Source of the DNA: Candidatus Geohabitans tengchongensis
GTDB lineage: Bacteria > Sysuimicrobiota > Sysuimicrobiia > Sysuimicrobiales > Humicultoraceae
Direction of reading: 5' to 3'
Assembly: GCA_031459625.1 (NCBI GenBank)
Contig: JAVKIH010000007.1
Coordinates: 6,173 to 70,172 of the forward strand
Length of the DNA stretch: 64,000 nt
Positions 22,475 to 31,067 of the stretch are shown piece by piece. Numbering within the stretch: position 1 is the stretch's first letter; each line of letters opens with the position of its first letter. The notes beneath the pieces are model-generated. The model did not search any database. It saw only the letters and a program-made list of their open reading frames with translations, and was not told the DNA's origin. The translations under genes were made by a program, and so were the position numbers.

Positions 22475-22491
22475 GCCCTCCCCTCCCCGTC

Positions 22492-23598
22492 TTACACCTC
22501 CAGCAGGTCTTTCGGCAGCCCGGTGAGGACCTCCACGCCGCCGTCGCGCAGGACCACCAGGTCCTCGATGCGCACCCCGCCCCACCCCGAGCGGTAGATT
22601 CCCGGCTCCACGGTGAGGACGACGTCCGGCTCCAGCGTCGCCTCCTCCCGCGGCGAGAGCGTGGGCCCCTCGTGCACCTCCAGGCCCACCCCGTGGCCCA
22701 GGCTGTGGCCGAAGGCCTCCCCGAAGCCGGCGGCGGTGAGGAGGTCGCGCGCCAGCGCATCCCCGGCTTTGCCCGTCATCCCCGGGCGCAACCCCGCCTC
22801 GGCCGCCTCCTGGGCCCGCCGCACCGCCTCGTAGACGCGCCGCTGCTCCGCGGTGGCGCGGCCCACAACCACGGTGCGGGTGCAGTCGGAGCGGTACCCC
22901 CCGACGACCGCCCCGAAGTCGAAGGTCACCAGGTCCCCCGCATGCAGCGGGCGGTCGGACGCCCGCCCGTGGGGCATGGCCGAGCGCGGGCCCGAGGCCA
23001 CCACCACGTCGAAGGCCAGCGCCTCCGCTCCCGCGCGGCGCATCTGGAACTCCAGTTCCAGCGCCAGCTCGCGCTCGCGCACGCCGGGCCGTACCAGCGG
23101 CAGCACGGCGCGGAACGCCGTATCGCCGATGGCCGCCGCCCGGCGGATGCGCTCCACCTCCTCCGGGTCCTTGCGCCAGCGGATCCGGTCGAGGCCGGCC
23201 ACGGGGACCAGCTCCACCTCCGGGAGGCGCTCGGCGAGCTGCCGCCACTGGGCCACGGTCAGGACCTCGCTCTCGAAGCCCAGGCGGCGCACCCCCAGGT
23301 GGCCGACCAGCTCCGCCAGGCCTTCGGCCATGTTGCTCACGCGGACGTGCCGGGCCTGCGGCGCCTCTTGGACGGCCTGGTCCAGGTAGCGGAAGTCGAT
23401 CAGCAGGTGGACCTCGGTCGGGGTGAGCAGCGCCACGCCGTCCCGCCAGGTGTCGTGGGACGGGCCCCCGCCGGTGAAGCCGGTCAGGTAGGTGCGGTTC
23501 TGGGGCTTGAGCACGACGAGGGCGTCGAGCTGCTCCTCCTCCAGGCGGGCCCGCGCCCGCAACAGGCGCTCATCGAGCGGCAGCCACACAGCAGACAT
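22492..23598 (-). CDS. Xaa-Pro aminopeptidase (M24B)
   Basis: YLTGFTG, SAMPHG, DCTRT, HSLGHGVGLEVHE, TVEPGIY, GVRIED. Confidence 0.95.
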   Translation of the reverse strand: MSAVWLPLDERLLRARARLEEEQLDALVVLKPQNRTYLTGFTGGGPSHDTWRDGVALLTPTEVHLLIDFRYLDQAVQEAPQARHVRVSNMAEGLAELVGHLGVRRLGFESEVLTVAQWRQLAERLPEVELVPVAGLDRIRWRKDPEEVERIRRAAAIGDTAFRAVLPLVRPGVRERELALELEFQMRRAGAEALAFDVVVASGPRSAMPHGRASDRPLHAGDLVTFDFGAVVGGYRSDCTRTVVVGRATAEQRRVYEAVRRAQEAAEAGLRPGMTGKAGDALARDLLTAAGFGEAFGHSLGHGVGLEVHEGPTLSPREEATLEPDVVLTVEPGIYRSGWGGVRIEDLVVLRDGGVEVLTGLPKDLLEV

Positions 23599-23606
23599 AC
23601 AGCAGG

Positions 23607-23615
23607 ATGATAGCA
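23607..23615 (-). promoter_or_regulatory. extended -10 element, probable leaderless promoter of the Xaa-Pro peptidase gene
   Basis: TGCTATCAT 8 nt upstream of ATG 23598; no SD sequence. Confidence 0.6.
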
Positions 23616-23619
23616 GACC

Positions 23620-24642
23620 TCACCACCGTGGCCCCTGCGGGCGCCGACGCTCCACCGTCACGCCCCGGGCGCTCAAGCGCGTCAGCCAGACCTCCACGCC
23701 GGGGAGGCGGCGGAGCGCGGCCGCCGCGGCCCGTGCGCGGCGGGCATCTTCCAGGACTCCGTAGACCACCGGTCCGCTGCCCGACAGACCGGCCACCACG
23801 GCCCCGTGCCGGCGCAGGACGGCGGCGAGGTCCCGGACGATCGGGTGGCGCCGCTCCACGACGGCTGAGAAGACGTTCCCTGCGGCCTTGCCGAGCGCCC
23901 GCAGGTCGCCGGCGGCGAGGGCCCGAGCCGCCGCGGCCACGTCCGGCCGCGGCACCCGCTGGACACGGTGCTCCCGCTCTCGGGCCGCTCCCGGGTGGGC
24001 CCCACGGGCCCGGTCGAGGGCCGCATAGGCCCAGGCCGTGGAGATGGCCACAGGCGGCCGGGCCAGCACGACGGGCAGCGGGGGGAGCGCGGGCAGGGGC
24101 TCGAGCCGATCCCCCCGTCCCCTCCCCAGCGCCGCCCCACCTCTGAGGAGGAAGGGCACGTCGGCCCCGAGGGCTGCGGCCAGTGCGTGCAGCGTCGCCG
24201 CATCCGCGCGCAGGCGCCACAGGCGCGCCAGACCCACGAGGGCCCCCGCCGCATCGGCGCTGCCGCCGCCCAGGCCGGCCGCCACGGGGATCGCCTTGTG
24301 CAGGGTGATCCGGGCGCCCGCCCGCACGGCAAAACGCTCGCGGAGGCGCTGCGCCGCCTGCACCACCAGGTTGCGCTCGCTGAGCGGCACCCCCGAGGCC
24401 GCCGCCCCGGGCGCCAGCGCCAGCTGGATCGCGCTGCGGTGGGGACGCAGCATCAGGGTGTCGTGCAGGGCGATGGTGTGGAGTACCGTGGCCACGTCGT
24501 GGTACCCGTCAGGCCGGCGCCCCAGGACGTCGAGGGCCAGGTTGATCTTGGCCCGGGCCCGGACGACGAGTGTCGGCTGGGCTGCGGGGCGCCGGCCGCG
24601 CAGACTCCGCCGTGGGGCCGCGGGGCGGGCAGCTGCCCTCAC
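23620..24642 (-). CDS. ispE: 4-diphosphocytidyl-2-C-methyl-D-erythritol kinase
   Basis: AKINLALDV..RPDGYH, KAIPVAAGLGGGSADAA, GADVPF, LSGSGP. Confidence 0.95.
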   Translation of the reverse strand: MRAAARPAAPRRSLRGRRPAAQPTLVVRARAKINLALDVLGRRPDGYHDVATVLHTIALHDTLMLRPHRSAIQLALAPGAAASGVPLSERNLVVQAAQRLRERFAVRAGARITLHKAIPVAAGLGGGSADAAGALVGLARLWRLRADAATLHALAAALGADVPFLLRGGAALGRGRGDRLEPLPALPPLPVVLARPPVAISTAWAYAALDRARGAHPGAAREREHRVQRVPRPDVAAAARALAAGDLRALGKAAGNVFSAVVERRHPIVRDLAAVLRRHGAVVAGLSGSGPVVYGVLEDARRARAAAAALRRLPGVEVWLTRLSARGVTVERRRPQGPRW

Positions 24643-25862
24643 GCCCGCCCGCGGGTGGTGTCGCTCACCCGGGCGGCTTCCGCGCGGGCCCACCGGTCGG
24701 CTTCGAGGATCGCCTCCAGGTCCGGCTCGGCCACAGGGGTGTGGGCCTCCACGACACGGCGCACCACCCGCACGATGTCCCCAAACGGGAGCGCCCCGGC
24801 CAGGAAGCGGGCCACCGCCACCTCGTCGGCGGCGTTCAGCACCGCCGGTGCCGTCCCGCCGGCGCGGGCCGCCTGGCGGGCCAGGGACAGGGCCGGATAG
24901 CGGTCGGGGTCGGGACGCTCGAAGGTCAGGGGGCCGAGCGCGGCCAGGTCCAGATGCCCGAAGGGCGCCGGACGCCGCTCCGGGTGGTGCAGGGCGTGGT
25001 GCAGGACGATGCGCATGTCCGGCAGGGCCAGGATGGCCTTCACGCTGCCGTCGACGAACTCCACCATCCCGTGGACCACCGCCTGGGGGTGGACCAGCAC
25101 CTCGATGCGCTCGGGCGGCAGACCGAAGAGGTGGCTCGCCTCGATGACCTCCAGCCCCTTGTTCATCATCGTGGCGGAGTCGACCGTGATGCGTGGCCCC
25201 ATGCGCCAGACCGGGTGGGCGAGGACCTCCTCGGGCGTCACCCTGTCCAGCGTCTCCAGGGGTCGGCGCAGGACGGGGCCGCCCGAGGCGGTGAGGACCA
25301 CCCGGGCGACACTCTCCGGGGCCTCGCCGGCCAGGCACTGGAAGAGGGCGTTGTGCTCGCTGTCCGCCGGCACGATCACCGCACCGCGGCGGCGGGCGGC
25401 CGCCAGCAGCAGGGGGCCGGCCGCCACCAGGACCTCCTTGCTGGCCAGGGCGATGCGCTTTCCCCACTCGGCCGCCGCCAGGGTGGGGCGCAGGGCCGCG
25501 ATCCCCACGATCCCCACCACCACGACCTCGGCCTCGGGGTGAGTGGCCGCGGCCACCAGACCCTCGGGGCCCCCCACGACCACGGGGCCGCCATCCGCCG
25601 GGCCGGGGGTCTCGGGTGCACCGGCGGCGGGCGAGACAGCGTCGCCCAGGCGTCGGCGCAGCGCCTCGGCCGCCTCAGGGTCGGCGACGGCCACGAGCTG
25701 CGGCCGGGCACGCTCGACCTGGGCCGCCAGCCGCTCGATGTCACGACGCGCGGCCAGCGCCACGACCCGCAGACGCCTCGGGGAGGCGAGCACGACTTCG
25801 AGCGCGGCCCGGCCGACCGACCCGGTCGAGCCCAGGATGGCCACGCCCCGGGGGGCGGTCAC
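24639..25862 (-). CDS. dxr: 1-deoxy-D-xylulose-5-phosphate reductoisomerase
   Basis: LGSTGSVG, PADSEH, LTASGGP, HPVWRMG, DSATMMNKGLE. Confidence 0.97.
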   Translation of the reverse strand: MTAPRGVAILGSTGSVGRAALEVVLASPRRLRVVALAARRDIERLAAQVERARPQLVAVADPEAAEALRRRLGDAVSPAAGAPETPGPADGGPVVVGGPEGLVAAATHPEAEVVVVGIVGIAALRPTLAAAEWGKRIALASKEVLVAAGPLLLAAARRRGAVIVPADSEHNALFQCLAGEAPESVARVVLTASGGPVLRRPLETLDRVTPEEVLAHPVWRMGPRITVDSATMMNKGLEVIEASHLFGLPPERIEVLVHPQAVVHGMVEFVDGSVKAILALPDMRIVLHHALHHPERRPAPFGHLDLAALGPLTFERPDPDRYPALSLARQAARAGGTAPAVLNAADEVAVARFLAGALPFGDIVRVVRRVVEAHTPVAEPDLEAILEADRWARAEAARVSDTTRGRA

Positions 25863-26428
25863 GCGCCGCTCCCTCCCGCGGGGGCACCCCGGCCTTCCCG
25901 TCCCTCCGGCCTAGCGACCCCGCCCGGAGCGGCCGCCTCCGCCTGGGCCTCACAGCTACGCCGCGCCACCAGGACCACGGCCATCGCGGCGATGGCCTCG
26001 CCGCGGCCCAGTCCGCCCACGCGCTCGTGGGTCGTGGCCTTGACGCTGACGGCTTGCGGGTCCAGGGCGAGGATCGCGGCGATCACCTGGCGCATCTGCG
26101 GGATGTGCGGAGCCAGCGGGGGAGCCTCGGCGACCACGGTGGCGTCGACGTTCACGGGGACGTAGCCCTGCTGCGCCAGCAGCGAGGCCACGGTGCGCAG
26201 CAGGTCGGTGCTCGGCGCTCGGCGGTAGCGCGGGTCGTCCGGCGGGAAGTGCCGGCCGATGTCCCCCTCCCCCACCGCCCCCAGCAGCGCGTCGGCCACC
26301 GCGTGCAGGAGGACGTCGGCGTCGGAGTGCCCCTCGAGCCCCAGCGGGAAGGGGATCGTCACCCCACCGATGACCAGCGGCCGCCCTGGAGTCAGCCGGT
26401 GGACGTCGTAGCCGATCCCTACCCGCAC
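25859..26428 (-). CDS. ispF: 2-C-methyl-D-erythritol 2,4-cyclodiphosphate synthase
   Basis: GIGYDVH, GHSDADVLLHA, DIGRHFP, VSVKATT. Confidence 0.95.
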   Translation of the reverse strand: MRVGIGYDVHRLTPGRPLVIGGVTIPFPLGLEGHSDADVLLHAVADALLGAVGEGDIGRHFPPDDPRYRRAPSTDLLRTVASLLAQQGYVPVNVDATVVAEAPPLAPHIPQMRQVIAAILALDPQAVSVKATTHERVGGLGRGEAIAAMAVVLVARRSCEAQAEAAAPGGVARPEGREGRGAPAGGSGA

Positions 26429-26436
26429 GTCGCCGC

Positions 26437-27147
26437 CTACCCGACCGGCTCCGGAGCGGCCGCCCCGCGCCCCCGCAGGATGGCTTCCGCCAGCCGCAGG
26501 TCGTCCGGGGTGGCGATCTTGAGGTTGTCGGGCGAGCCCTCGACCACGGCCGGCGCGTAGCCCATGGCCTCCACCAGGGCGGCGTCGTCGGTGGCCAGCA
26601 GTCCCGTGGCCCGCGCGTAGGCATGCGCCTGCCGCAGCAAGTCGGCGCGGAAGGCCTGCGGGGTCTGGGCCAGCCACAGCGACGAGCGGTCCAGGGTGCG
26701 GGTCACCCGGTCCCCCTCGACGACCTTGACCGTCTCCGCCACCTTCGTGGCCAGCAGCGCCGCGCCGGTCGTCCGGGCCGCCGCCACCACACGGGCGATG
26801 GCTTCCGGCGTCACCAGCGGGCGGACGCCGTCGTGCACGGCCACCACGGCGACGTCTGGAGGCAGTGCGGCCACGCCCAGCCCCACCGACGCCTGCCGCG
26901 TCGGCCCCCCGGCGACCACACGCATGACCTTGCGGCAGGCCGCCGCCCGGGCCAGCGCCCACGCGCGCTCGACGTCCTGGCCGCGGACGACCAGCACCAC
27001 GGCCTCGACGGCCTGGCAGCGCTCGAAGGCGGTCAGGGTGTGGAGGAGGATCGGCTGCCCGGCCAGCAGGCGGAAGGGCTTGGCCTCGCCGGGACCCATG
27101 CGGGTCCCGTCGCCGGCAGCCACGATGAGGGCGCACATCTCGGGCAC
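26437..27147 (-). CDS. ispD: 2-C-methyl-D-erythritol 4-phosphate cytidylyltransferase
   Basis: AAGDGTRM, HDGVRP, QTPQAF, TDDA, NLKIATPDD; GTG 27147 preferred as start because it lies 7 nt after a -10 box. Confidence 0.95.
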   Translation of the reverse strand: MPEMCALIVAAGDGTRMGPGEAKPFRLLAGQPILLHTLTAFERCQAVEAVVLVVRGQDVERAWALARAAACRKVMRVVAGGPTRQASVGLGVAALPPDVAVVAVHDGVRPLVTPEAIARVVAAARTTGAALLATKVAETVKVVEGDRVTRTLDRSSLWLAQTPQAFRADLLRQAHAYARATGLLATDDAALVEAMGYAPAVVEGSPDNLKIATPDDLRLAEAILRGRGAAAPEPVG

Positions 27148-27154
27148 GGCCCGT

Positions 27155-27163
27155 AGCATAGCA
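27155..27163 (-). promoter_or_regulatory. extended -10 element, probable leaderless promoter of ispD-ispF-dxr-ispE
   Basis: TGCTATGCT 7 nt upstream of in-frame GTG 27147. Confidence 0.55.
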
Positions 27164-27291
27164 GGCCGCGCCGCGGTCGCCTATGCCAGAAGCACCGGGA
27201 GGGCCGCGGTCTCGTCGCCACGACGCGCTCGCGCGCCCCCGGCGCCCGCCCGGGGGAGGGGGGACGTCGGGACCCGGGGCGCGGAGCCGCG

Positions 27292-27492
27292 TCAGGCTGA
27301 GGCCTGCGGCCCCCCGCGATCGGTCCTTGGGGTGTGGGGTTCCTCCTCCTCGGCATCGCGCAGAGCCTGCCGGAACTCCCGCAGGGCCCGGCCTAGCGAG
27401 GCGCCGAGGCCCGTGAGGCGCTGCGGGCCGAAGACCAGCAGGAGGACCAGCAGGATCACCGTCAGCTCCATCCATCCGACGTTCGGCAGCAT
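27292..27492 (-). CDS. tatA: twin-arginine translocase subunit TatA/E
   Basis: GWMELTVILLVLLLVFGPQRL..LGRALREFR; good RBS. Confidence 0.9.
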   Translation of the reverse strand: MLPNVGWMELTVILLVLLLVFGPQRLTGLGASLGRALREFRQALRDAEEEEPHTPRTDRGGPQASA

Positions 27493-27517
27493 GCGCTCCG
27501 TCCTCCCCTCGGCGGCG

Positions 27518-28588
27518 TCAGGGCGTGAAGCCCGGGAACCCGCGCTCGGCCAGCCACCCCAGGAGGCGGTCCCACGCCCGTGGCGGAGCGGCGATCCCCG
27601 TCCGATCGGCGGCGGCCAGCAGGCTGTCGGTACTCACCTCCCCGACCATCGTGAGGCGCCACCCGCCGTAGGCCCAGTGCACCAGGCGCTGCAGGCCGAT
27701 GTCGTGCACCCACACCGCGCCGCCGGCGCGGTCCAGCCGGCGGCTACCAACCGGCGGCCGCGGCGACGCACCCGGCTCGCGCGAGACGAGCAGCGTGCTC
27801 GCGCCGTCGGAGTAGATCGTCTGCCAGGTGGGACGGGGACCGTCCAGCAGGTAGTCGGCCACGCGCCGGAAGCCCTCGGGGGTAGCGACGGTAAGCGAAG
27901 GCCGCCCCAGACGCCTCGCCGCCTCTTCGGGGGTGACCGCGCGTGCGGCGGGGCGGCGCTTCAGGCGCAGGTCGGGAGGCGGACCGACCCGCGCCGCCCA
28001 GCCGGCCGGCAGCAGCTCCAGCGACAGGAACGCCGTCAGCTGCACCAGGCGGCCGTCGGGGCTCACGCGCTCGGAGCGCAGCGCCAGCCCCGTCGTCCGG
28101 TCCACGTCGATCCGCCGCGTCGGACGGTCCCCGCTGCGCGGCCGCAGCTCGATCCGGTCCACCGGCCGGCCCAGCAAGGTCGCCGTCCCGCGGACCACCG
28201 TGTAGTTGTCCTGCAGCAGCGGCAGATGCCCTGTCGCAAAGTCATCGTCGAGCTGCTCGGCCGGGTCGCGGGACGACCAGGTCCCGCGGCGGGTGGCGGG
28301 GTCGTAGCGGATCACCTCGTGGGCGCGGCGCAGGACCACCCACCGGCGGGCCGTCCCCACGGGGCGGTACTCCAAGCGGGTCCACCCCTGCGGATCGTGC
28401 TCGACGCGCACCAGCGTCACCTGGACCCCCCCGCCCAGGTGCGTGGCCACCAGCTGCTCTCCCCGGTACGCCACATCCGTTGCGGCCCGGGCGGCGCGGA
28501 TCAACGGTGCCGCCGGCGGCGACGCCCGCACGGGTGCGGCCGGGGCCAGCAGCAGGAAGGCCACGGCCACCGACAGCAGCGGGATCAC
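27518..28588 (-). CDS. MucB/RseB-like (LolA-fold) periplasmic sigma-E regulatory protein
   Basis: Signal peptide; LLQDNY..G...LGRPV..IEL.P..RRIDVDRTTGLALRSE; follows the anti-sigma gene. Confidence 0.75.
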   Translation of the reverse strand: MIPLLSVAVAFLLLAPAAPVRASPPAAPLIRAARAATDVAYRGEQLVATHLGGGVQVTLVRVEHDPQGWTRLEYRPVGTARRWVVLRRAHEVIRYDPATRRGTWSSRDPAEQLDDDFATGHLPLLQDNYTVVRGTATLLGRPVDRIELRPRSGDRPTRRIDVDRTTGLALRSERVSPDGRLVQLTAFLSLELLPAGWAARVGPPPDLRLKRRPAARAVTPEEAARRLGRPSLTVATPEGFRRVADYLLDGPRPTWQTIYSDGASTLLVSREPGASPRPPVGSRRLDRAGGAVWVHDIGLQRLVHWAYGGWRLTMVGEVSTDSLLAAADRTGIAAPPRAWDRLLGWLAERGFPGFTP

Positions 28589-29043
28589 GGCCGTTCCCCC
28601 CTGAGGCCGTGGAGCGGCTCGTACGGCCACGCGTCTGTCAGGTACCCGGCCAGGGTGATGTCGGCCAGGGGGTGGAGCATGGAAGCCTCGGCGTGTTGTC
28701 GGAAGTGCGCGCCGGGCAGGGTGCGTTCCGCCCCGCGGTCCACGGGCAGGTTCAGCGCGAGGGCCAGCAGCGCCCCCGCACAGGCCGCGGCCACCATCCA
28801 CCGGAGGCGCGTCCTCCGCCGCCGCCTGGCCGCGATGCGCGCCAGCACCTTCGGCAGCACCCACGGAGGGGGTTCCGGGTCGGGGAGGGCGCGGAGGAGC
28901 CGGCGGACGGCGGTCAGGTCTTCCAGGACGCCGTGACAGGCCCGGCAGGCGGCCAGGTGGGCGGCCACCCCGGTGGCCTCCTCCGACGGCAGCGTCCCGT
29001 CGAGGTAGGCGGTGAGCCGGTCGCCCGGGTGGCCGTCCGTCAC
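28585..29043 (-). CDS. zinc-binding anti-sigma factor (zf-HC2) with TM helix
   Basis: LTAYLDG, HLAACRAC (HxxxCxxC), TM segment. Confidence 0.88.
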   Translation of the reverse strand: MTDGHPGDRLTAYLDGTLPSEEATGVAAHLAACRACHGVLEDLTAVRRLLRALPDPEPPPWVLPKVLARIAARRRRRTRLRWMVAAACAGALLALALNLPVDRGAERTLPGAHFRQHAEASMLHPLADITLAGYLTDAWPYEPLHGLRGERP

Positions 29044-29630
29044 GCCTCTTCCCGCCTCAGCGCGTCCACGTAGGGGCGCAGCCACTCCCGCAGCGCCAGG
29101 CGGCCCCGGTGCAGTCGGGAGCGGAGTGTGCCCACGGGGCAGTGGAGGATGGCCGCCGCGTCGTCGTAGGGCAGGCCCTCCAGGTCGACCAGGACGACTG
29201 CCGCGCGGTACTCGGCAGGGAGGGCGGCCAGCGCCCGGCGCACCGGGCCGTCCAACGCCTGCAGCAGCGCTGCCTCGGGGTCGCCCTGCGCGCCGGCCGG
29301 CAGCGCGCCCTCCGGCAGGTCGTCCAGGGAGAAGACCTTGCGGCGCTCCCGCCGGGTTCGGTCGAGGAACGTCGTGTAGAGGATGCGCATGAACCAGCGG
29401 TCGAACCGCGTGCCCGGCCTGAACCGGCTGAAGGCGAGGAAGGCTTCCTCCGCGGCCTGCTGCATCAGCTCCTCCGCCTCGTCGGCACGCCCGGCCAGCC
29501 GGTAGGCGAACCGGTAGGCCTGCGGCCAGTGCCGCGACAGCAGGGCGGCAAAGTCGCGGGGCGTCGCCTCTCCCGCCGCCCCTCCGGCATCCTCCGGCAC
29601 CGGCCGCGCCCGCGCCCAGGCGTCCTTCAC
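29040..29630 (-). CDS. ECF RNA polymerase sigma factor
   Basis: Region 2 (AYRLAG..EAEEL..FDRWFMRI) and region 4 (DLEGLPY..GTLRSRLHRGR). Confidence 0.92.
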   Translation of the reverse strand: MKDAWARARPVPEDAGGAAGEATPRDFAALLSRHWPQAYRFAYRLAGRADEAEELMQQAAEEAFLAFSRFRPGTRFDRWFMRILYTTFLDRTRRERRKVFSLDDLPEGALPAGAQGDPEAALLQALDGPVRRALAALPAEYRAAVVLVDLEGLPYDDAAAILHCPVGTLRSRLHRGRLALREWLRPYVDALRREEA

Positions 29631-29683
29631 CGACCGCCCACACGAGGGTGGTGGGCGCGGCGGACCCGCGCCCACCCGTCACC

Positions 29684-30055
29684 TCACTTCAGGATCGTCA
29701 CCGTCACCGCCTCGAAGCCGGCCGGCTTGTACTCCCCCGCCACCCGGAGGAGCTCTCCGGCCTTCAGCGCGCTCTTGTTCACCGCCTTGCCCTTCAGCAG
29801 GAACCGGGTTCGCGCGCGCTCGGTGATGGTGAGGTGGTCCCCCACCTTGACCCCGGTGCCGCCGATGACCTTCGTGACGGTGATCTCGAAGGTGTCCCCG
29901 GAGACCTTGACGACCTTGCCCTCGACCACGAAGGACCGGGGCCGGGGCTGCGCGGCCGCCGGGGCCTTGGTGGCCGGGGCGGCGGCCAGGGCGGACGGGA
30001 CGGCGAGGGCCAGGACAGCCACACCGATCACGGAGAGCACGAGCGCATGCCGCAT
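29684..30055 (-). CDS. secreted small beta-barrel (OB-fold-like) hypothetical protein
   Basis: Signal peptide; VEGKVVKV...LKAGELLRVAG; RBS GAGGAGG. Confidence 0.7.
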   Translation of the reverse strand: MRHALVLSVIGVAVLALAVPSALAAAPATKAPAAAQPRPRSFVVEGKVVKVSGDTFEITVTKVIGGTGVKVGDHLTITERARTRFLLKGKAVNKSALKAGELLRVAGEYKPAGFEAVTVTILK

Positions 30056-30090
30056 CGGTCATCCCTCCTCGCAGCAGGGTCTCACCCTGC

Positions 30091-30118
30091 AAGCGCGCGA
30101 GGCGGGCAGGGAGTTCCC
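30091..30118 (-). promoter_or_regulatory. candidate ECF sigma-dependent promoter
   Basis: GGGAAC-N17-CGCTT, one mismatch from GGAAC-N17-CGTT, upstream of the ECF operon. Confidence 0.3.
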
Positions 30119-30166
30119 GGTGGGAAGGGCGGTGAGGTCGGGTCGAGTCGGCCGGTCGCTGCCCGC

Positions 30167-30643
30167 TCAGGGCCGTGCGGCCGGACGCGTCCGGTCGAGG
30201 TAGGTCTGCAGCACCCTGGCCGCCTCGTCGTGCCGCTCCGCCATGAAGAGGGCGTCGTGGAGGACCAGGTAGGCCGACAGCCAGGCCGGATCGCGCTGCA
30301 CCGCCTCCCGCAGGGACGCGATCGCCCGGGGGAGGTAGCCGGCGGCGTAGGGAGCGAGGCCGGCCCGCCAGAGGCGGTAGGCGTGGAAGTAGGCCACGCC
30401 CAGCCAGTAATGGGCGCGGGCGTTGGCCGGGTTGGCGGTGATGGCCGCCTGGTAGGGCTGGATGGCCTGCTGGAACGCCGCCTCGCTGGCGTAGACGCGG
30501 CTGGTGTCGAAAGGCGGCACGGCGGACGGCGCCTGAGCGGCGACCCGCCCGGCGGCGAGGGGAAGGAGCAGCAGCACGAGGAGCGCCGCGTGGGCGGAGC
30601 GCACGGGCCGGCGGGTCCCGGGCAGCACGGCGAGTCGCCGCAC
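30167..30643 (-). CDS. secreted tetratricopeptide repeat protein
   Basis: Signal peptide; AI..YQAAI.ANP.NARAHYWLGVAY and a second TPR-like helix pair. Confidence 0.8.
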   Translation of the reverse strand: MRRLAVLPGTRRPVRSAHAALLVLLLLPLAAGRVAAQAPSAVPPFDTSRVYASEAAFQQAIQPYQAAITANPANARAHYWLGVAYFHAYRLWRAGLAPYAAGYLPRAIASLREAVQRDPAWLSAYLVLHDALFMAERHDEAARVLQTYLDRTRPAARP

Positions 30644-30651
30644 CGCTCCGT

Positions 30652-31025
30652 CTACTGCACCGCGAAGGTCCACGACGCGCTCCACTGACGACCCCCGTTG
30701 GTGGCCGCCGCGGCCACCCGCCAGCGGTACGAGGTGGCGCAGGCCAGGATGAGCGTCGCCGTGGGCGCGTCGGCATCGGTCTGCGCCGAGGTCACCAGGG
30801 CGCCGCTGGTGGCGTTGTAGACCTCGATGACGTAGTGGTTCGCATTGGTCACGGGGCTCCACGAGAAGGCGAACGTCGCGCCACAGGGCAGCGTGGCCCC
30901 GCTGGGCGGGGAGATGAGCTGCGGCGCCTCCAGGAGCCACCCGGTGCCGAGTCCCACCAGGCTGCACGCGGAGAGCGTCAGGGCGAGAGTGGCAGAATGA
31001 AGGTGTGACGCCAGGAGCTGTGCAT
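30652..31025 (-). pseudogene. Ig/FN3-like lipoprotein with 1-bp frameshift in the signal peptide (pseudogene or sequencing error)
   Basis: RBS+ATG 31025 gives MHSSWRHTFIL; lipobox LSAC and APQLISP..FSWSPV..Y.WRVAA continue in another frame; span is 374 nt (3n-1). Confidence 0.7.
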
Positions 31026-31067
31026 GGGTTGAACACCACCTCGGAGAAAGCTCCGGCCACGGCCGCC

